Shown: piece after piece, positions 10,726 to 21,342 of the stretch
Layout of the letters: every line of letters starts with the position of its first letter
How positions within the stretch are numbered: position 1 is the first letter of the stretch
Source of the DNA: Trueperaceae bacterium
Lineage (GTDB): Bacteria > Deinococcota > Deinococci > Deinococcales > Trueperaceae
NCBI GenBank assembly: GCA_965213705.1
Contig: OZ243913.1
Span: 2,720,001-2,784,000 of the forward strand
DNA: 64,000 bases
Direction of reading: 5' to 3'
Translations under genes and position numbers: made by a program
Notes under the pieces: generated by a model
What the model was told of the DNA's origin: nothing
What the model saw: the letters and a program-made list of their open reading frames with translations, nothing else
The model's database searches: none

Positions 10726-12888
10726 TCAGCGGATGAACAGCATCTCCTGATAAGTCGGCAGCGACCACAGGTCGTCAGCGACGACGGCCTCGAGCGCGTC
10801 GGCGGCGGCGCGGACGGCCAGCATCGCGGGCAGGACTTCGTCGCGGACGCGCTCCGCTTCGGCCAGGCCCTCACTTTTGTTCTTCTTGAGCGCCTCAAGT
10901 CTGGCGGTGCTGTCTTGAAGGTCTTTGACGAGCGCGGTCACTTTGTCGAGCGTGTCGGTGTCGAACTCGTAGCCGATAGCCTTGAGGTGGGCGCAGGTCT
11001 GCGCGAGTTCGCCCTGGTAGCGCACCGCTGCCGGGAAGATGATGGTTTTCGCCATTTCGACGACCAAGTTCGACTCTAAGTTGACGGTCATGAGGTACTG
11101 CTCGAGCAGCACTTCGTACAGACTTTCCAGTTCATGTTCACTGAGCACGCCGTACGTCTTGAACAGGGTGACCGCTTCGTCGGACGCGAGCGCGGGCAGC
11201 GCGTCGGGCGTCGTTTTGAGGTTCGGCAAACCGCGCCTCGCGGCCTCCTTGTGCCAGGCTTCCGAGTAGCCGTCGCCGTTGAAAATAATGTCGCCGTGCT
11301 CGGTGATGATGTCTTTGAGCAAAGTTTGCACGGCGGCGTTGAAGTCCTCGGCACCTTCCAGTTGGTCGGCGATGTAGTCGAGGGACTCGGCTAGGATGGT
11401 GTTAACGACCGTGACCGGGCGCGAGATGGACTGGCTCGAGCCGACCGCGCGAAACTCGAACTTGTTGCCCGTAAAAGCGAACGGGCTGGTGCGGTTGCGG
11501 TCGCCCGCGTGGCGGGGCAAGGGCGGCAAGGTGTCGACGCCGACGTGAAGCGTTCCTGACGGTTTGGACGTTCTTGCGCCGCCGTTTTGTTTAATCTGCT
11601 CGAACACGTCGGCCAACTGCTCGCCCAAGAAAATCGACATGATGGCGGGCGGCGCTTCGTTGGCGCCCAAGCGGTGGTCGTTGCTCGCCGAGGCGATGGC
11701 CGCGCGCAGCAGCGGCGCGTGGCGGTGGACGGCGCGAATCACGGCCGCACAAAACACCAAGAACTGCGCGTTTTCGTGCGGGGTATCGCCGGGCTCGAGC
11801 AGGTTGCCCTGGGTGGTGTTGCCGAGCGACATGTTGACGTGTTTGCCGTTGCCGTTGATGCCCGCAAACGGTTTTTCGTGGAGCAGACAGGCAAAGCCGT
11901 AGGTCGTCGCCACTTTTTGCAGCACCGTCATGACGACTTGTTGGTGGTCGGCGGCGACGTTGGCGTTTTCGAACACCGGGGCGATTTCGAACTGCGCCGG
12001 AGCGACCTCGTTGTGGCGGGTCTTGACCGGCACGCCGAGCTTGAAAAGTTCACGCTCAAAGGCGTACATGCAGGCCTGAACGCGCTCGTTGATGGCCCCG
12101 AAATAGTGGTCGTCGAACTCTTGGCCTTTGGGCGAAGGTGCGCCGAGCAGGGTTCGGCCCGCCGCCAGCAGGTCGGGGCGCGACAGGAAAAAGTTACGGT
12201 CTATCAAAAAGTATTCCTGTTCGGCTCCGGCCGTCGAACTCACCATGGCAACGTCCACGTGGCCGAACAACCGCAGGACGCGCCGAGCTTGTTTGTCTAA
12301 AGCTTTCATCGAGCGCAGCAGCGGTGTTTTTTGGTCGAGCGCCTCGCCCGTCCAGGACACGAAGGCCGAGGGGATGGTCAAGGTCATGCCGTTCGGGTTT
12401 TCGACCAGGTAAGCGGGACTCGTCACGTCCCAGGCGGTGTACCCACGCGCTTCGTGGGTTTGCCGGATGCCGCCGGTGGGAAAGCTCGAGCCGTCGGGTT
12501 CTTGCTGGATGAGCGTCGCCCCCGAAAACTCCGAGATGACGCCGCCTTCGGCGGTCGGCGAAAAAAAAGAATCGTTTTTCTCAGCGGTGAAGCCGGTCAG
12601 CGGGAAAAAAATGTGCCCGTAGTGCGTGGCCCCCTTTTCGGTCGCCCAAGCCTTCATTGCTGAAGCGATGGCGTCGGCGGTACTGACGTCCAGAGCGCTA
12701 CCCTCTTTGACGGTGCGTTGCAGCGACCTGAAAACGTCGTGGGGCAGCCTCTCTTTCATGACCGTCAGGCTGAAGACGTTGCTGCCGAACAAGCTGCCCG
12801 TCGGCCTGGCTAGGTAGTCGATAGCCTCCGGCAACCGGTAAGAAATAGTATCGCCGACTGACTTGGCACGTACTGCGTTTCCACTCAT
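10726..12888 (-). CDS. glnN: Glutamine synthetase type III
   Basis: 720 aa; [68 protein letters not shown]. Confidence 0.92.
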   Translation of the reverse strand: MSGNAVRAKSVGDTISYRLPEAIDYLARPTGSLFGSNVFSLTVMKERLPHDVFRSLQRTVKEGSALDVSTADAIASAMKAWATEKGATHYGHIFFPLTGFTAEKNDSFFSPTAEGGVISEFSGATLIQQEPDGSSFPTGGIRQTHEARGYTAWDVTSPAYLVENPNGMTLTIPSAFVSWTGEALDQKTPLLRSMKALDKQARRVLRLFGHVDVAMVSSTAGAEQEYFLIDRNFFLSRPDLLAAGRTLLGAPSPKGQEFDDHYFGAINERVQACMYAFERELFKLGVPVKTRHNEVAPAQFEIAPVFENANVAADHQQVVMTVLQKVATTYGFACLLHEKPFAGINGNGKHVNMSLGNTTQGNLLEPGDTPHENAQFLVFCAAVIRAVHRHAPLLRAAIASASNDHRLGANEAPPAIMSIFLGEQLADVFEQIKQNGGARTSKPSGTLHVGVDTLPPLPRHAGDRNRTSPFAFTGNKFEFRAVGSSQSISRPVTVVNTILAESLDYIADQLEGAEDFNAAVQTLLKDIITEHGDIIFNGDGYSEAWHKEAARRGLPNLKTTPDALPALASDEAVTLFKTYGVLSEHELESLYEVLLEQYLMTVNLESNLVVEMAKTIIFPAAVRYQGELAQTCAHLKAIGYEFDTDTLDKVTALVKDLQDSTARLEALKKNKSEGLAEAERVRDEVLPAMLAVRAAADALEAVVADDLWSLPTYQEMLFIR

Positions 12889-13245
12889 GAAAGGTTCCTT
12901 TCGCTAAGAACTTGGTGACGGGTCCGGCCGCTTTGGCGACTCAAACTCGGGGGCGGTTGGCGTTCGACTGAAAAACGACTCGGTAGCGTCTCCGGGGGCG
13001 TACTGAGAAGCCTGGCGCGCGTTCGGGCCGAAACCAAACGCACAAGACGCGGTGCCGCCTGAGACGCCGTTACCCGGTCGCCGACCTGCTTGGAAAAAAG
13101 CGCGTCAGCGCGGACTCGACCTGTCGGCAAAACCTCGAACATACCAAACGACACAGCCTCATACCTGTTTGCCGGCCTTCCCGGACAGCTTTTGCGGTGA
13201 TTTGAGAGTGACCCAAACGTGCGCTCGAGGCCAGACCCGAGTGAA

Positions 13246-13275
13246 AGTATATAAAACCTGTATTCGAAGTGTCAA
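13246..13275 (-). promoter_or_regulatory. Sigma70-type promoter upstream of GS III
   Basis: TTGACA-N18-TATACT on minus strand. Confidence 0.55.
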
Positions 13276-13642
13276 ACCCAAAATTGCCTAGTGCCCTTAT
13301 CAGCGGTTACACCACACCGTCATTCTTTTAGGATAGCTGTTTTCAGCGGCAAAATATATGACAAAATGCACAACACAAAGGACACCAAAAGGACCCCGCT
13401 TCGTCCCTCGCTCGAGCGAGTAGGGACAAGGTCTTCGGCACGAGAGGGCTGGCCCTGGGCTAAGAGGCCGGCGGAGACCGTTTTTTAAGAGCGTTTTTAC
13501 TCGGTAGCGAGACGGCCGAACGGGTCGACCACCTCTTGCGTCCGCTTCTCTGAGTCACGGAGGTTTCGACGGCTCTACGGAAACGCTACAAAATGTTCAC
13601 AGGGTTAATGTTATAGGTTGCTGAAGGGGTGCATAAAAAGAA

Positions 13643-13668
13643 AAGAGGACGTTTTGACACGTCCTCTT
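13643..13668 (-). terminator. Intrinsic terminator after tRNA-Ser
   Basis: aagaggacg...cgtcctctt stem followed by T-rich run on minus strand. Confidence 0.75.
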
Positions 13669-13673
13669 CCAAA

Positions 13674-13764
<91 letters not shown>

Positions 13765-14143
13765 AGGCTTGCAAAGTATAACGCATCTTCTCGCCTGTGC
13801 AAAGGGCGGACAAACGGTTGCCGCGGCACGCCCGTGTTTGCGAACCCCCAGGACCGGTGTCTTCGTTTCGTAATACGAACCGTGGCAACCGTACGCCGCA
13901 GTGCCCGCGAGTTGAAAAATGCACAAAGCCGGGTCGCCGACACGAAAAGCGCTGGCGTCGCAGGTTGCAACCGCCTCCACAGCGCCGACCCTCGGCGCAA
14001 AACACCTCGCGCCGAACGAGTGAAACAAGCGTGGGGCGAACCCAAAAAAGGGTCGTCGCCCCGACCGAGCTTAAGCTTGGGTTCATGTAAACAAATTTTG
14101 GTCAGTTGTGTAAGAAGTTTGTCATAGCTACCCTTTATGATAA

Positions 14144-14214
14144 GGGTGGATCGAAAGATCCATCTCCTCTCTCGGTCCCTCGCATCCCACCACCAGGCGA
14201 GGGACCCTTTTTTT
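14144..14214 (+). ncRNA. Candidate small RNA (GAAA-tetraloop hairpin, CU-rich linker, terminator)
   Basis: TATGAT at 14136-14141; ggtggatc-GAAA-gatccatc; ggtccctcgc/gcgagggacc stem + T7. Confidence 0.6.
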
Positions 14215-14399
14215 GCAGTGCTACGCCCCTTACAGCGAAGGGTTCACCCTACATCGTTCTGTCGCCGTATTCTTCTGCCGCGCCAAGACGGGCGCGTTTG
14301 CTACCCCAAACTTTGTTACCCCGTACCAAGCTAGGCAAAACGCGGGGTTGCCGGGTGCCGTTCAGAGCGTTCCGACCAGGGCGGCTTCGCCGGTTTAGA

Positions 14400-14873
14400 A
14401 TGACCGGTATGGTGACGCCAATCGCGCTGCAGTGGCTGCCGGTCGGTATCGGACTCACGGTCGCGCTGCTGGGTTTGGTGGGTTTGGGTGTGGCCGCGCT
14501 GCCCGGCTGGCGCGACCGGCGCAGCTCGTTGATTGTGGACAGCACGCTCTACCTGGCGACCGGGCTTTTGTTGCTGCTCCCCATTTTCGCGTTCGGGGGT
14601 GAGCGGGTCAACGACCCGGACCCCGTCAACGCGGACCTCGTCGGGGTGGGGTTGACAAGCGACCCCACCGGCGCGGAGGTGTACCTGGACGGCGTTTTTG
14701 TCGGTCACACCCCGCTCGTTTTTCTGCGCCCACAGGGTGCGCTCGTACGTTACCAGGTGCAGGCGGGGGAAACTGCACCGGGAGGGTTCGTTTACAACGC
14801 TTACGAAGGTCGGCTGACGGTCGAGGAGGCGGTTACCGTGAGCGTGTGGCTGGACCGTGAACCCCTCCCCTGA
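14400..14873 (+). CDS. Membrane protein with PEGA domain
   Basis: Two TM segments then TSDPTGAEVYLDGVFVGHTPL. Confidence 0.7.
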   Translation: MTGMVTPIALQWLPVGIGLTVALLGLVGLGVAALPGWRDRRSSLIVDSTLYLATGLLLLLPIFAFGGERVNDPDPVNADLVGVGLTSDPTGAEVYLDGVFVGHTPLVFLRPQGALVRYQVQAGETAPGGFVYNAYEGRLTVEEAVTVSVWLDREPLP

Positions 14874-14977
14874 CAAACATCCTGAGCCCCGAGCGCCCTT
14901 AGCCCAAGGTGCGGCGCTGTACGCGACATCGCCGGGACAGATGTCTTTGGCGACCCCGGTATCGCCTACAATAGCTC

Positions 14978-15790
14978 ATGACCCGGACCTCCAACAAAAC
15001 CGTCGTCGCCGTGCTGCTGTACCTGGCTCTAGCCCTGGCTACCCAGACTTTTTTTCAACAGTACGGCGCCCGTTACTTAGACAGCGCACTTCTCAAAGCG
15101 ACCGCCTCGTTTGCGCTGGCGCGCGGTTTGAACGGCGTCATTACCGTGGTGCAAGAAAGCAGCGTGTCGGCGGGCGTGATAGTGGAGGGCAGCGTCGCGG
15201 TCGGGCAAATCTTAGACCCCGTCAACGACCTCGTCGAGGGCTTTTCGTGGATTATGCTCGCCAGCATCATTTCGCTAGGTGTCCAGAAACTGCTGCTGGT
15301 CGTCGGGGCGCAAGCGGGCTTCGTCCTGTTCGGGGCGGCGCTGGCAGCGCTGCTGGTCCACTGGGCCGTCAACCGGCGCGTGGTGGACGGAACGGTTTTG
15401 AGCTACCGCCTGCTCGTACTCGCCATCGTCGTGCAGTCGGCGGTGCCCCTGACAAGCAGCGTCGGCGCGGCGGTCTCGAGCAGCTTTTTGGCGCAGCGCT
15501 ACCAAGAGGCGGAAAGCGCCATCACCGCGGTTCAGCAGGACTTGCAGAGCGAATTCGGTTTGACCGACACGCCGCGCCGCCTGTTTGAACGCTTGGACCC
15601 GCGCAACCTCGTTCAGACGGTGACGCAAAAAGCCGCCGAGGTGACGGGTCACGTCGTCGACCTCATGATTATCTTTGTGTTCGAGACGGTGGTGATGCCG
15701 CTGCTGACGCTGCTCGTGGTGCTGCTCGTCTTGGGCGCTTTGCTGCGGACGGGCAGCGAGCCTGCGCCGGCGGCCTTACCGGCTGCGTGA
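14978..15790 (+). CDS. Hypothetical membrane protein
   Basis: Host-like codon use, hydrophobic segments, TACAAT 5 nt before ATG. Confidence 0.7.
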   Translation: MTRTSNKTVVAVLLYLALALATQTFFQQYGARYLDSALLKATASFALARGLNGVITVVQESSVSAGVIVEGSVAVGQILDPVNDLVEGFSWIMLASIISLGVQKLLLVVGAQAGFVLFGAALAALLVHWAVNRRVVDGTVLSYRLLVLAIVVQSAVPLTSSVGAAVSSSFLAQRYQEAESAITAVQQDLQSEFGLTDTPRRLFERLDPRNLVQTVTQKAAEVTGHVVDLMIIFVFETVVMPLLTLLVVLLVLGALLRTGSEPAPAALPAA

Positions 15791-15838
15791 GCGAGGGCGT
15801 AGGTACGGAAACTGTGTCCGATGGTCGCTTCGGCTGTT

Positions 15839-16261
15839 CTAACTTACAAACCGTATCGTCAGGGGATAGCGGTACTTTTTACCCTCACTCGCACGCACGG
15901 CTGCGACGACGCTGAAAACGATATGAGCGACAAACAAAACCGGAAAGGCTAGCAGGCCGACCAGAAAAAACAGCAGTACGAACGCGACGACGGTGTAAAG
16001 GGTCAGCGACAGCTGAAAGTTGAGCGCTTCTTTTGCCTGGTCGGCGACAAACGCCGACTCGTCCTTTTTCAGCAGCCACACTAGAAGCGGGCCGACGACG
16101 TTGCCGAAAGGAAGTCCGGTGTAAAGTGCCAAACCGGACAGGTGGGCCACCATCGCCCAGTTGCGTTCACGGCCCTCGAGCCCGTCCGAAAGTGTCACGC
16201 CGGGTTTGGGGGTGGCAGTCGGGGTGGAGGTCGCCGGGGTAGAAGCCAAAGTGTCTTTCAT
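15839..16261 (-). CDS. DUF4870 domain protein
   Basis: ERNWAMVAHLS, GPLLVWL, AKEALNFQ, YRYPLTIR. Confidence 0.85.
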   Translation of the reverse strand: MKDTLASTPATSTPTATPKPGVTLSDGLEGRERNWAMVAHLSGLALYTGLPFGNVVGPLLVWLLKKDESAFVADQAKEALNFQLSLTLYTVVAFVLLFFLVGLLAFPVLFVAHIVFSVVAAVRASEGKKYRYPLTIRFVS

Positions 16262-16467
16262 AGCGCTCAGCTTAGCGGGTCGACCGGTCGGCTTCGTCCT
16301 TCATAAGTAGGATTTTGGCAAAGGCGACCGTTTAGTGATTGACGGCCAAAGCTCGGGCGATTCGCCTTCCAAAACTCGCTTCTCGACCCTTACCTCAAAC
16401 GTGCCGCGCGTTTTGTACACCTGAAAGCGAGCAAAGCTAGAGCCTCACCCACAGCATTCGACCAAAA

Positions 16468-16893
16468 TTACCGCACCTGTGCGTTCAGGGCGCGCTCGAG
16501 CAGTCGCACGTTGCGAACGTTGGCCTTCCAAACGGCGTCGAACAGGTCGCCAATCAGGGGAATAGCGCCGATGATGACTTCCAACGCGACGTTGTAAACC
16601 ATCCGCGCCAGCACGCTTTTAGGTGCGCCGAGCCGCGCCGCCTCGAACACGATGTACCCTGAAAACAGCATTCCGACCGCGTCGCCCAAACCCGGCACCA
16701 GTCCGATAATCGCGTCCCAGCCGACCCGGTAGCCGAGAACTGGAATGCGAAAAGCGCTGTCGAGCAGGTAACTCAGGTGGCGCAGCCGCTCCATAGTCTC
16801 GTCGACCTCTTGTTGAGCAAGGCGGTTTTGAGGCTGGCGGGTGCGCGCCAAAACGTTGCTGTCCGTTGATTCCATGTTGCCCTCCATTAGCAT
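16468..16893 (-). CDS. DUF4112 domain protein
   Basis: LLDSAFRIP, GWDAIIGLVPGLGD, IPLIGDLFD..WKAN.RN. Confidence 0.85.
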   Translation of the reverse strand: MLMEGNMESTDSNVLARTRQPQNRLAQQEVDETMERLRHLSYLLDSAFRIPVLGYRVGWDAIIGLVPGLGDAVGMLFSGYIVFEAARLGAPKSVLARMVYNVALEVIIGAIPLIGDLFDAVWKANVRNVRLLERALNAQVR

Positions 16894-17118
16894 AGCGTAG
16901 TGGCTCGCCGCGCGGCGCGAAAGTCGTTACACGACACTTTGGAGTTTTTTGTTTGCGTCGTTCGCAACTTGGTGGCTCCCTGGCGTTTAACACTGACGAA
17001 AATGTGCTCTCCCGCCTCTCAACAAGTGGGTGCAACCCCGCCTTAAAACGCTGGACCGCGCTCGCTGCCACCCGAAATTTGGGCTCACCTCGAGCCCATT
17101 CACGAGTGACGAACACCT

Positions 17119-17592
17119 CTAAACAAACCTCACGTCCCGCCCGTCCCAGCCGCCGTAGGTATAAAACTTGCCCGGCTGCCGTTCGCGCAGGTAGTGGACG
17201 AGCGGCTCGCGCAGCGGGGCGATGGGGATGATGCGTTCGGCCTCGTCGGCGGGCACGAACCTCGCCTCGACAATGAAGCCGTCGGGGTCGCGGGGATTCA
17301 AAAGCCCATCGTACTCCGCTAAAAACACGAACGAAACCGCCCGGTCGTTGCGGCGCACGTCCTCGACATGGACCGCGTAGGCTAAGTGGTGCACCCTGGT
17401 GATGACGAGGCCGGTTTCCTCCTTGATTTCCCGAGACAACGCCGCCAGGGTGCCTTCACCCCGTTCGACGACGCCCCCCGGCAGCGTGTAGCGCACGTTT
17501 CCAAAACCTTGCCAGTCGTTACCTACCAGGAGAACTCGGCCCATGCGGTCGAGTAAAATTGCGGCGGCAACGACAAACTCACGCCGAGCCAC
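17119..17592 (-). CDS. NUDIX hydrolase
   Basis: PGGVVERGEGTLAALSREIKEETGL Nudix box. Confidence 0.88.
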   Translation of the reverse strand: MARREFVVAAAILLDRMGRVLLVGNDWQGFGNVRYTLPGGVVERGEGTLAALSREIKEETGLVITRVHHLAYAVHVEDVRRNDRAVSFVFLAEYDGLLNPRDPDGFIVEARFVPADEAERIIPIAPLREPLVHYLRERQPGKFYTYGGWDGRDVRFV

Positions 17593-18661
17593 CCTGACCC
17601 ATCTCTTCCAAGCGCTTCACCTGGTCGGCTTCGGCGAGGGCGAGGGTGAGTTCGTCGACGCCGCCCAACATCACGTCGGTGAGGTTGTGGGTGGTGTAGC
17701 CGATGCGGTGGTCGGTCACGCGCGACTGCGGAAAGTTGTAGGTGCGGATTTTCTCCGAGCGCTCGCCCGAGCCGATTTGTACCAGTCGCGCCTCACGCGC
17801 CTCGGCTTGGGCTTTTTCCATCTCGCGCTCTAAGAGGCGTGCCCGCAACACGGTCAAGGCCTTTTCACGGTTTTTGATTTGCGACTTGCCGTCCTGACAG
17901 GTCACCACGATTTCTTCACTCGTGCCCGGTTTGTAGGTGATGCGCACCGCCGAGTCGGTGGTGTTGACCGACTGCCCGCCGGGACCCGACGAGCGGTACA
18001 CGTCCACGCGGTAGTCGTTGGGGCTCAAATTCACGTCGATGTCTTCGGCTTCGGGCATCACCGCCACCGTGACGGTGCTCGTGTGGATGCGGCCTTGGGT
18101 CTCGGTTTCGGGGACGCGCTGGACGCGGTGGACGCCCGACTCGTACTTGAACTTGCTGTACGCGCCGCGCCCGGTGATTTCGAACGAGACCTTGCTGAAA
18201 CCGCCCACCTCGGTCGGGTAAGAATCCAGAATCTCCGGCTTGAAGCCGAGCGTTTCGGCGTAACGGAGGTACATGTTCAGCACCTCGCCCGCGAACAGGC
18301 TCGCCTCGCCCCCGCCCGCCGCCGCGCGAATCTCGATGATGACGTTTTTGTCGTCGAAGGGGTCTTTGGGCAGCAGCAAGCGCTCCAATTCGCTCGTCAG
18401 GGCTTCTCGTTGGGGCTCGAGTTCCGTCAACTCGTCCTTTGCCATCTCCGCCAAGTCGGGGTCGTCTAAAAGTTCGCGCGCCCCAGCGAGCCGCGCACCC
18501 ACCTCTTTGTACTCCCGGTAGACCTTGACGACGCTGCCGAGTTCGCTATAGCGCTGCATCGCCTCGCGGTAGCGCGCCTGGTCGGCCAACACCTCGGGGT
18601 CGGCCAAACTGCGCTCCAACTCGGTAAACTCTTGTTCTAACCTTGCCAGCTTTTCATCCAT
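17579..18661 (-). CDS. prfA: Peptide chain release factor 1
   Basis: GVHRVQRVPETE (PxT), GPGGQSVNTTDSAVR, RSEKIRTYNFPQ. Confidence 0.96.
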   Translation of the reverse strand: MDEKLARLEQEFTELERSLADPEVLADQARYREAMQRYSELGSVVKVYREYKEVGARLAGARELLDDPDLAEMAKDELTELEPQREALTSELERLLLPKDPFDDKNVIIEIRAAAGGGEASLFAGEVLNMYLRYAETLGFKPEILDSYPTEVGGFSKVSFEITGRGAYSKFKYESGVHRVQRVPETETQGRIHTSTVTVAVMPEAEDIDVNLSPNDYRVDVYRSSGPGGQSVNTTDSAVRITYKPGTSEEIVVTCQDGKSQIKNREKALTVLRARLLEREMEKAQAEAREARLVQIGSGERSEKIRTYNFPQSRVTDHRIGYTTHNLTDVMLGGVDELTLALAEADQVKRLEEMGQGGSA

Positions 18662-18946
18662 AATGGGCCAGTGTACCGCGCCGGGACAAGCAGGACGGTG
18701 AGGATTACGGCTTGGACAGTCATTCGCAGCGAGCTTGTCAAAACTTCATCAACAAGGGGCTGGGGGATTTACCTTATAAGAACACTGAAGAGGGCGTCAC
18801 AGAAGCAAACCTCCCCTGACCCCTCCTGTTAGGAGGGGGATGAGACGTTTAACTTACGCTTCCTGCACATGTTGTCTGCCTTCCTTTCGAAGTGTTGACA
18901 GCTCAGGGCCGGACGTTGTCGGGGTAATGTCGTCAGGGCAACGACG

Positions 18947-20086
18947 TTAGGGCAGCGCGAGCCCAGTCGGCGTCAGCCGCGCCAGAACAAGCGAACTCGG
19001 CACCACACCGACGTGGTCGTTTTCCTCGTAGTCGAACACGGCGGTCGCGCCCGTGACCGGTCCCATGCCGACAAAAGCGTCGCGCAGCACGCCGCGCAGG
19101 GCCGTCACGCCATCCAGCGGGACACCGTAGGTGTAAGCGGCTTCATAAGCGGCCTCGAGCAACTCAAGTGCGTCGTAAGCGAACGCGCCCGCGCTCGGTA
19201 TGCGCCCGGCCGGGTAAACAGCGGCCAGGTCACGCCGGTAGGTTTGCAAGCTGCTATAGCTCGGCTGCGTCGGCGGCACAACGGTCAGTTCGGCGGGACT
19301 CACCGGAAACAAGCCGCCGTTAAAACTCGCCGGGCTGACGCGGGACTCGGGCTCGAGCAGCGCCGGGTTCAAGACCACGTCTTTTTCATACCCGCGCACC
19401 CGCAGGCCTGCGTAGGCCAGCGCCGAGTCCTGCGCCAAACCCCAGACGAACACGGTGTCCGGCACGCGCGTCGCGACCCACAGCGCCTCGGGCGTCAACA
19501 CGGTCGCGGCGGGCGAGTACCGCTGCTCGACGACGAGGCTCGTGTTCGCGCCGGGGTCGAACAGACGGGCCAAACTTGCGGCGACCACGTCCCCATAACC
19601 GTTGTCGAGCGTCATGAGTCCGAAGCGCGCGTGGCCCGCTGCGGCCTGCTTCAGGACGGCGCTCTGCAACAACCGCTCGTCGTCCGGCACGACGGTAAAC
19701 AGCCAAAACCCCGGCTCCGGCGGCAACCCGCTCAGCGCCAGCGTGAGCACGCCGGAAGCCTCGACAAAAGGCGCAACGGCCCGCGTCGCGGCGGCGGTCG
19801 TGCAGCAAACGAGCGCGTGGACCTCACCGTTTTCGACTAGGTCGCGCACCTGGCGCAGCGCGGTCGCCGGGTCGCTGGCGTCGTCGCGGACAATGACCTC
19901 TATGTTTTGCGAAAACGTCCCCAAGCGGCGCAGCCGCGTCCCCAGCGCAGTCACTGTGTTGGCCTGCGCCGTCCCGTCCAGCCGCGCGCCCCCCGTCTGC
20001 GACACGACCACCCCGACGCGAAACGGTTGCGCGGGTTGAGCGAAGGCGAAGCTCGAGAAAACCACAAGTAAAAACAGTCGAATCAT
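18947..20086 (-). CDS. ABC transporter substrate-binding protein (branched-chain amino acid type)
   Basis: Signal peptide, RVGVVVSQTG, DDASDP, DNGYG. Confidence 0.75.
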   Translation of the reverse strand: MIRLFLLVVFSSFAFAQPAQPFRVGVVVSQTGGARLDGTAQANTVTALGTRLRRLGTFSQNIEVIVRDDASDPATALRQVRDLVENGEVHALVCCTTAAATRAVAPFVEASGVLTLALSGLPPEPGFWLFTVVPDDERLLQSAVLKQAAAGHARFGLMTLDNGYGDVVAASLARLFDPGANTSLVVEQRYSPAATVLTPEALWVATRVPDTVFVWGLAQDSALAYAGLRVRGYEKDVVLNPALLEPESRVSPASFNGGLFPVSPAELTVVPPTQPSYSSLQTYRRDLAAVYPAGRIPSAGAFAYDALELLEAAYEAAYTYGVPLDGVTALRGVLRDAFVGMGPVTGATAVFDYEENDHVGVVPSSLVLARLTPTGLALP

Positions 20087-20167
20087 GCGTTAAGTTTTAC
20101 CAGGGCCGCGCGGCCCCCCGGTGAGAAAGAGTTTACGCCGCAGCGAGCTTCTGCAACACCCTTCACC

Positions 20168-20929
20168 ATGTCACCGCCCACCACAGGTCATACTGAAGCG
20201 GTGAAACGCTTTAAGCGAACGGTCGGCTGGCTGGTCTTGGTGCTGGGGGTCGTGACGGCGCTCAGTCAAACTTCGGCTTTACAACCTTCAGCCCCGCAAA
20301 ATTTAGTTCCGCAGGATTTGGTCCCGCAGTCGCCGGAAGCTTGGGCCTACGTCGTCGCCGCCGGAAAAACTAAAATCGGCAGCGTCTACACCGTGACCGC
20401 CGACGGCCTGGTGTGCAGCTACCGCCAAGAAAAAGAGGTGCGCGCGAGCATCGAAGCGCTGGCCGCAACCGAGCAGGTTCACCCGGCCTCGGTCGCCGAG
20501 GAACTGACCGCTTACCTGTGGGGCGACTGGACGCTTCTTTATACCGACGGCCCTCCCCTGCGCGCAGCCTTGGACGGGGGCCGGGACACGCTCGAGGTTT
20601 ACCTAGAAACGTTTTACCAGGCTCACCACGTCTGCTTGTTGGGCATCCTCAACACCCTCGTAGACGGCTACGAGGGCGACTACGTGCAGACCGACGAAGG
20701 TTTCGTCTACAGCAAAAGGGGCGGCGGGGCGCGCTACAGGCTGCTCGCCCTCGAGCCCAAGTATTTTCCCGGTACCGGTTTTTTAGAACCTGTGGGCGTC
20801 GTCAAGGCCGTGCGCAACGCCGGTTTGTTGCGCGTCGACACGGTTCGCGCCAGGGTGCTGGACGCGGTTGCGGCGTCCGTCGAGCGCCGCTCGGCCGAGG
20901 GCGGCGACCCCCTCAAAGTAGACCGCTGA
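20168..20929 (+). CDS. Hypothetical exported protein
   Basis: Signal-like N-terminus, host codon bias. Confidence 0.55.
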   Translation: MSPPTTGHTEAVKRFKRTVGWLVLVLGVVTALSQTSALQPSAPQNLVPQDLVPQSPEAWAYVVAAGKTKIGSVYTVTADGLVCSYRQEKEVRASIEALAATEQVHPASVAEELTAYLWGDWTLLYTDGPPLRAALDGGRDTLEVYLETFYQAHHVCLLGILNTLVDGYEGDYVQTDEGFVYSKRGGGARYRLLALEPKYFPGTGFLEPVGVVKAVRNAGLLRVDTVRARVLDAVAASVERRSAEGGDPLKVDR

Positions 20930-20954
20930 GGCTCCCGCAGCGGTCACAACCTCG

Positions 20955-20970
20955 TGTGAAATACGTCACA
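20955..20970. promoter_or_regulatory. CRP/FNR-family consensus site
   Basis: TGTGA-aatacg-TCACA. Confidence 0.45.
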
Positions 20971-21342
20971 GCCGCGGTTTCACGAATCCAAACCCACGGC
21001 TCGGGTGTATCTCTGTTTGTAACCCGACGTGGTCACGCCTACACGGTTACACCTACGTGGTTACATCTCCCCTCTTCCCAAGACCCCGCAACGCTCTCCC
21101 ACGGTGCGGGGTCAACTTATTTGAGGTTTTCGCAGGCTCGAGCTTAGTGATTTTCGGTGCTGAAATTGGGGACAGTCCTCATTCGGCGGGGTAAACTTGG
21201 AGTTTAGAGAAAGGGCGCGCGTGACAGTCCACCCACAGACCGACCTGAATTCGAGCGAAGTAGGCGAAACGCCGCGCCACGTCGCCTACGACCCGAACGC
21301 CGCGCGAGAGCGCCCCCAGACAGACCCGTGTGTCGGGACAAA

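Noticed and set aside
12890..13240. glnA glutamine riboswitch
   Set aside because: Core consensus (CGUU...GGAAGUA...GAAGGAACG) not found on the minus strand
18805..18840. CCCCTGACCCCTCC...GGAGGGGG REP-like hairpin
   Set aside because: Single copy in the window, so a repeat family cannot be established
20930..21342. attL/attR copy of the tRNA-Arg(CCT) 3' end bounding the RM-TA island
   Set aside because: No convincing duplicate of the tRNA 3' sequence found by eye, and no integrase in the window
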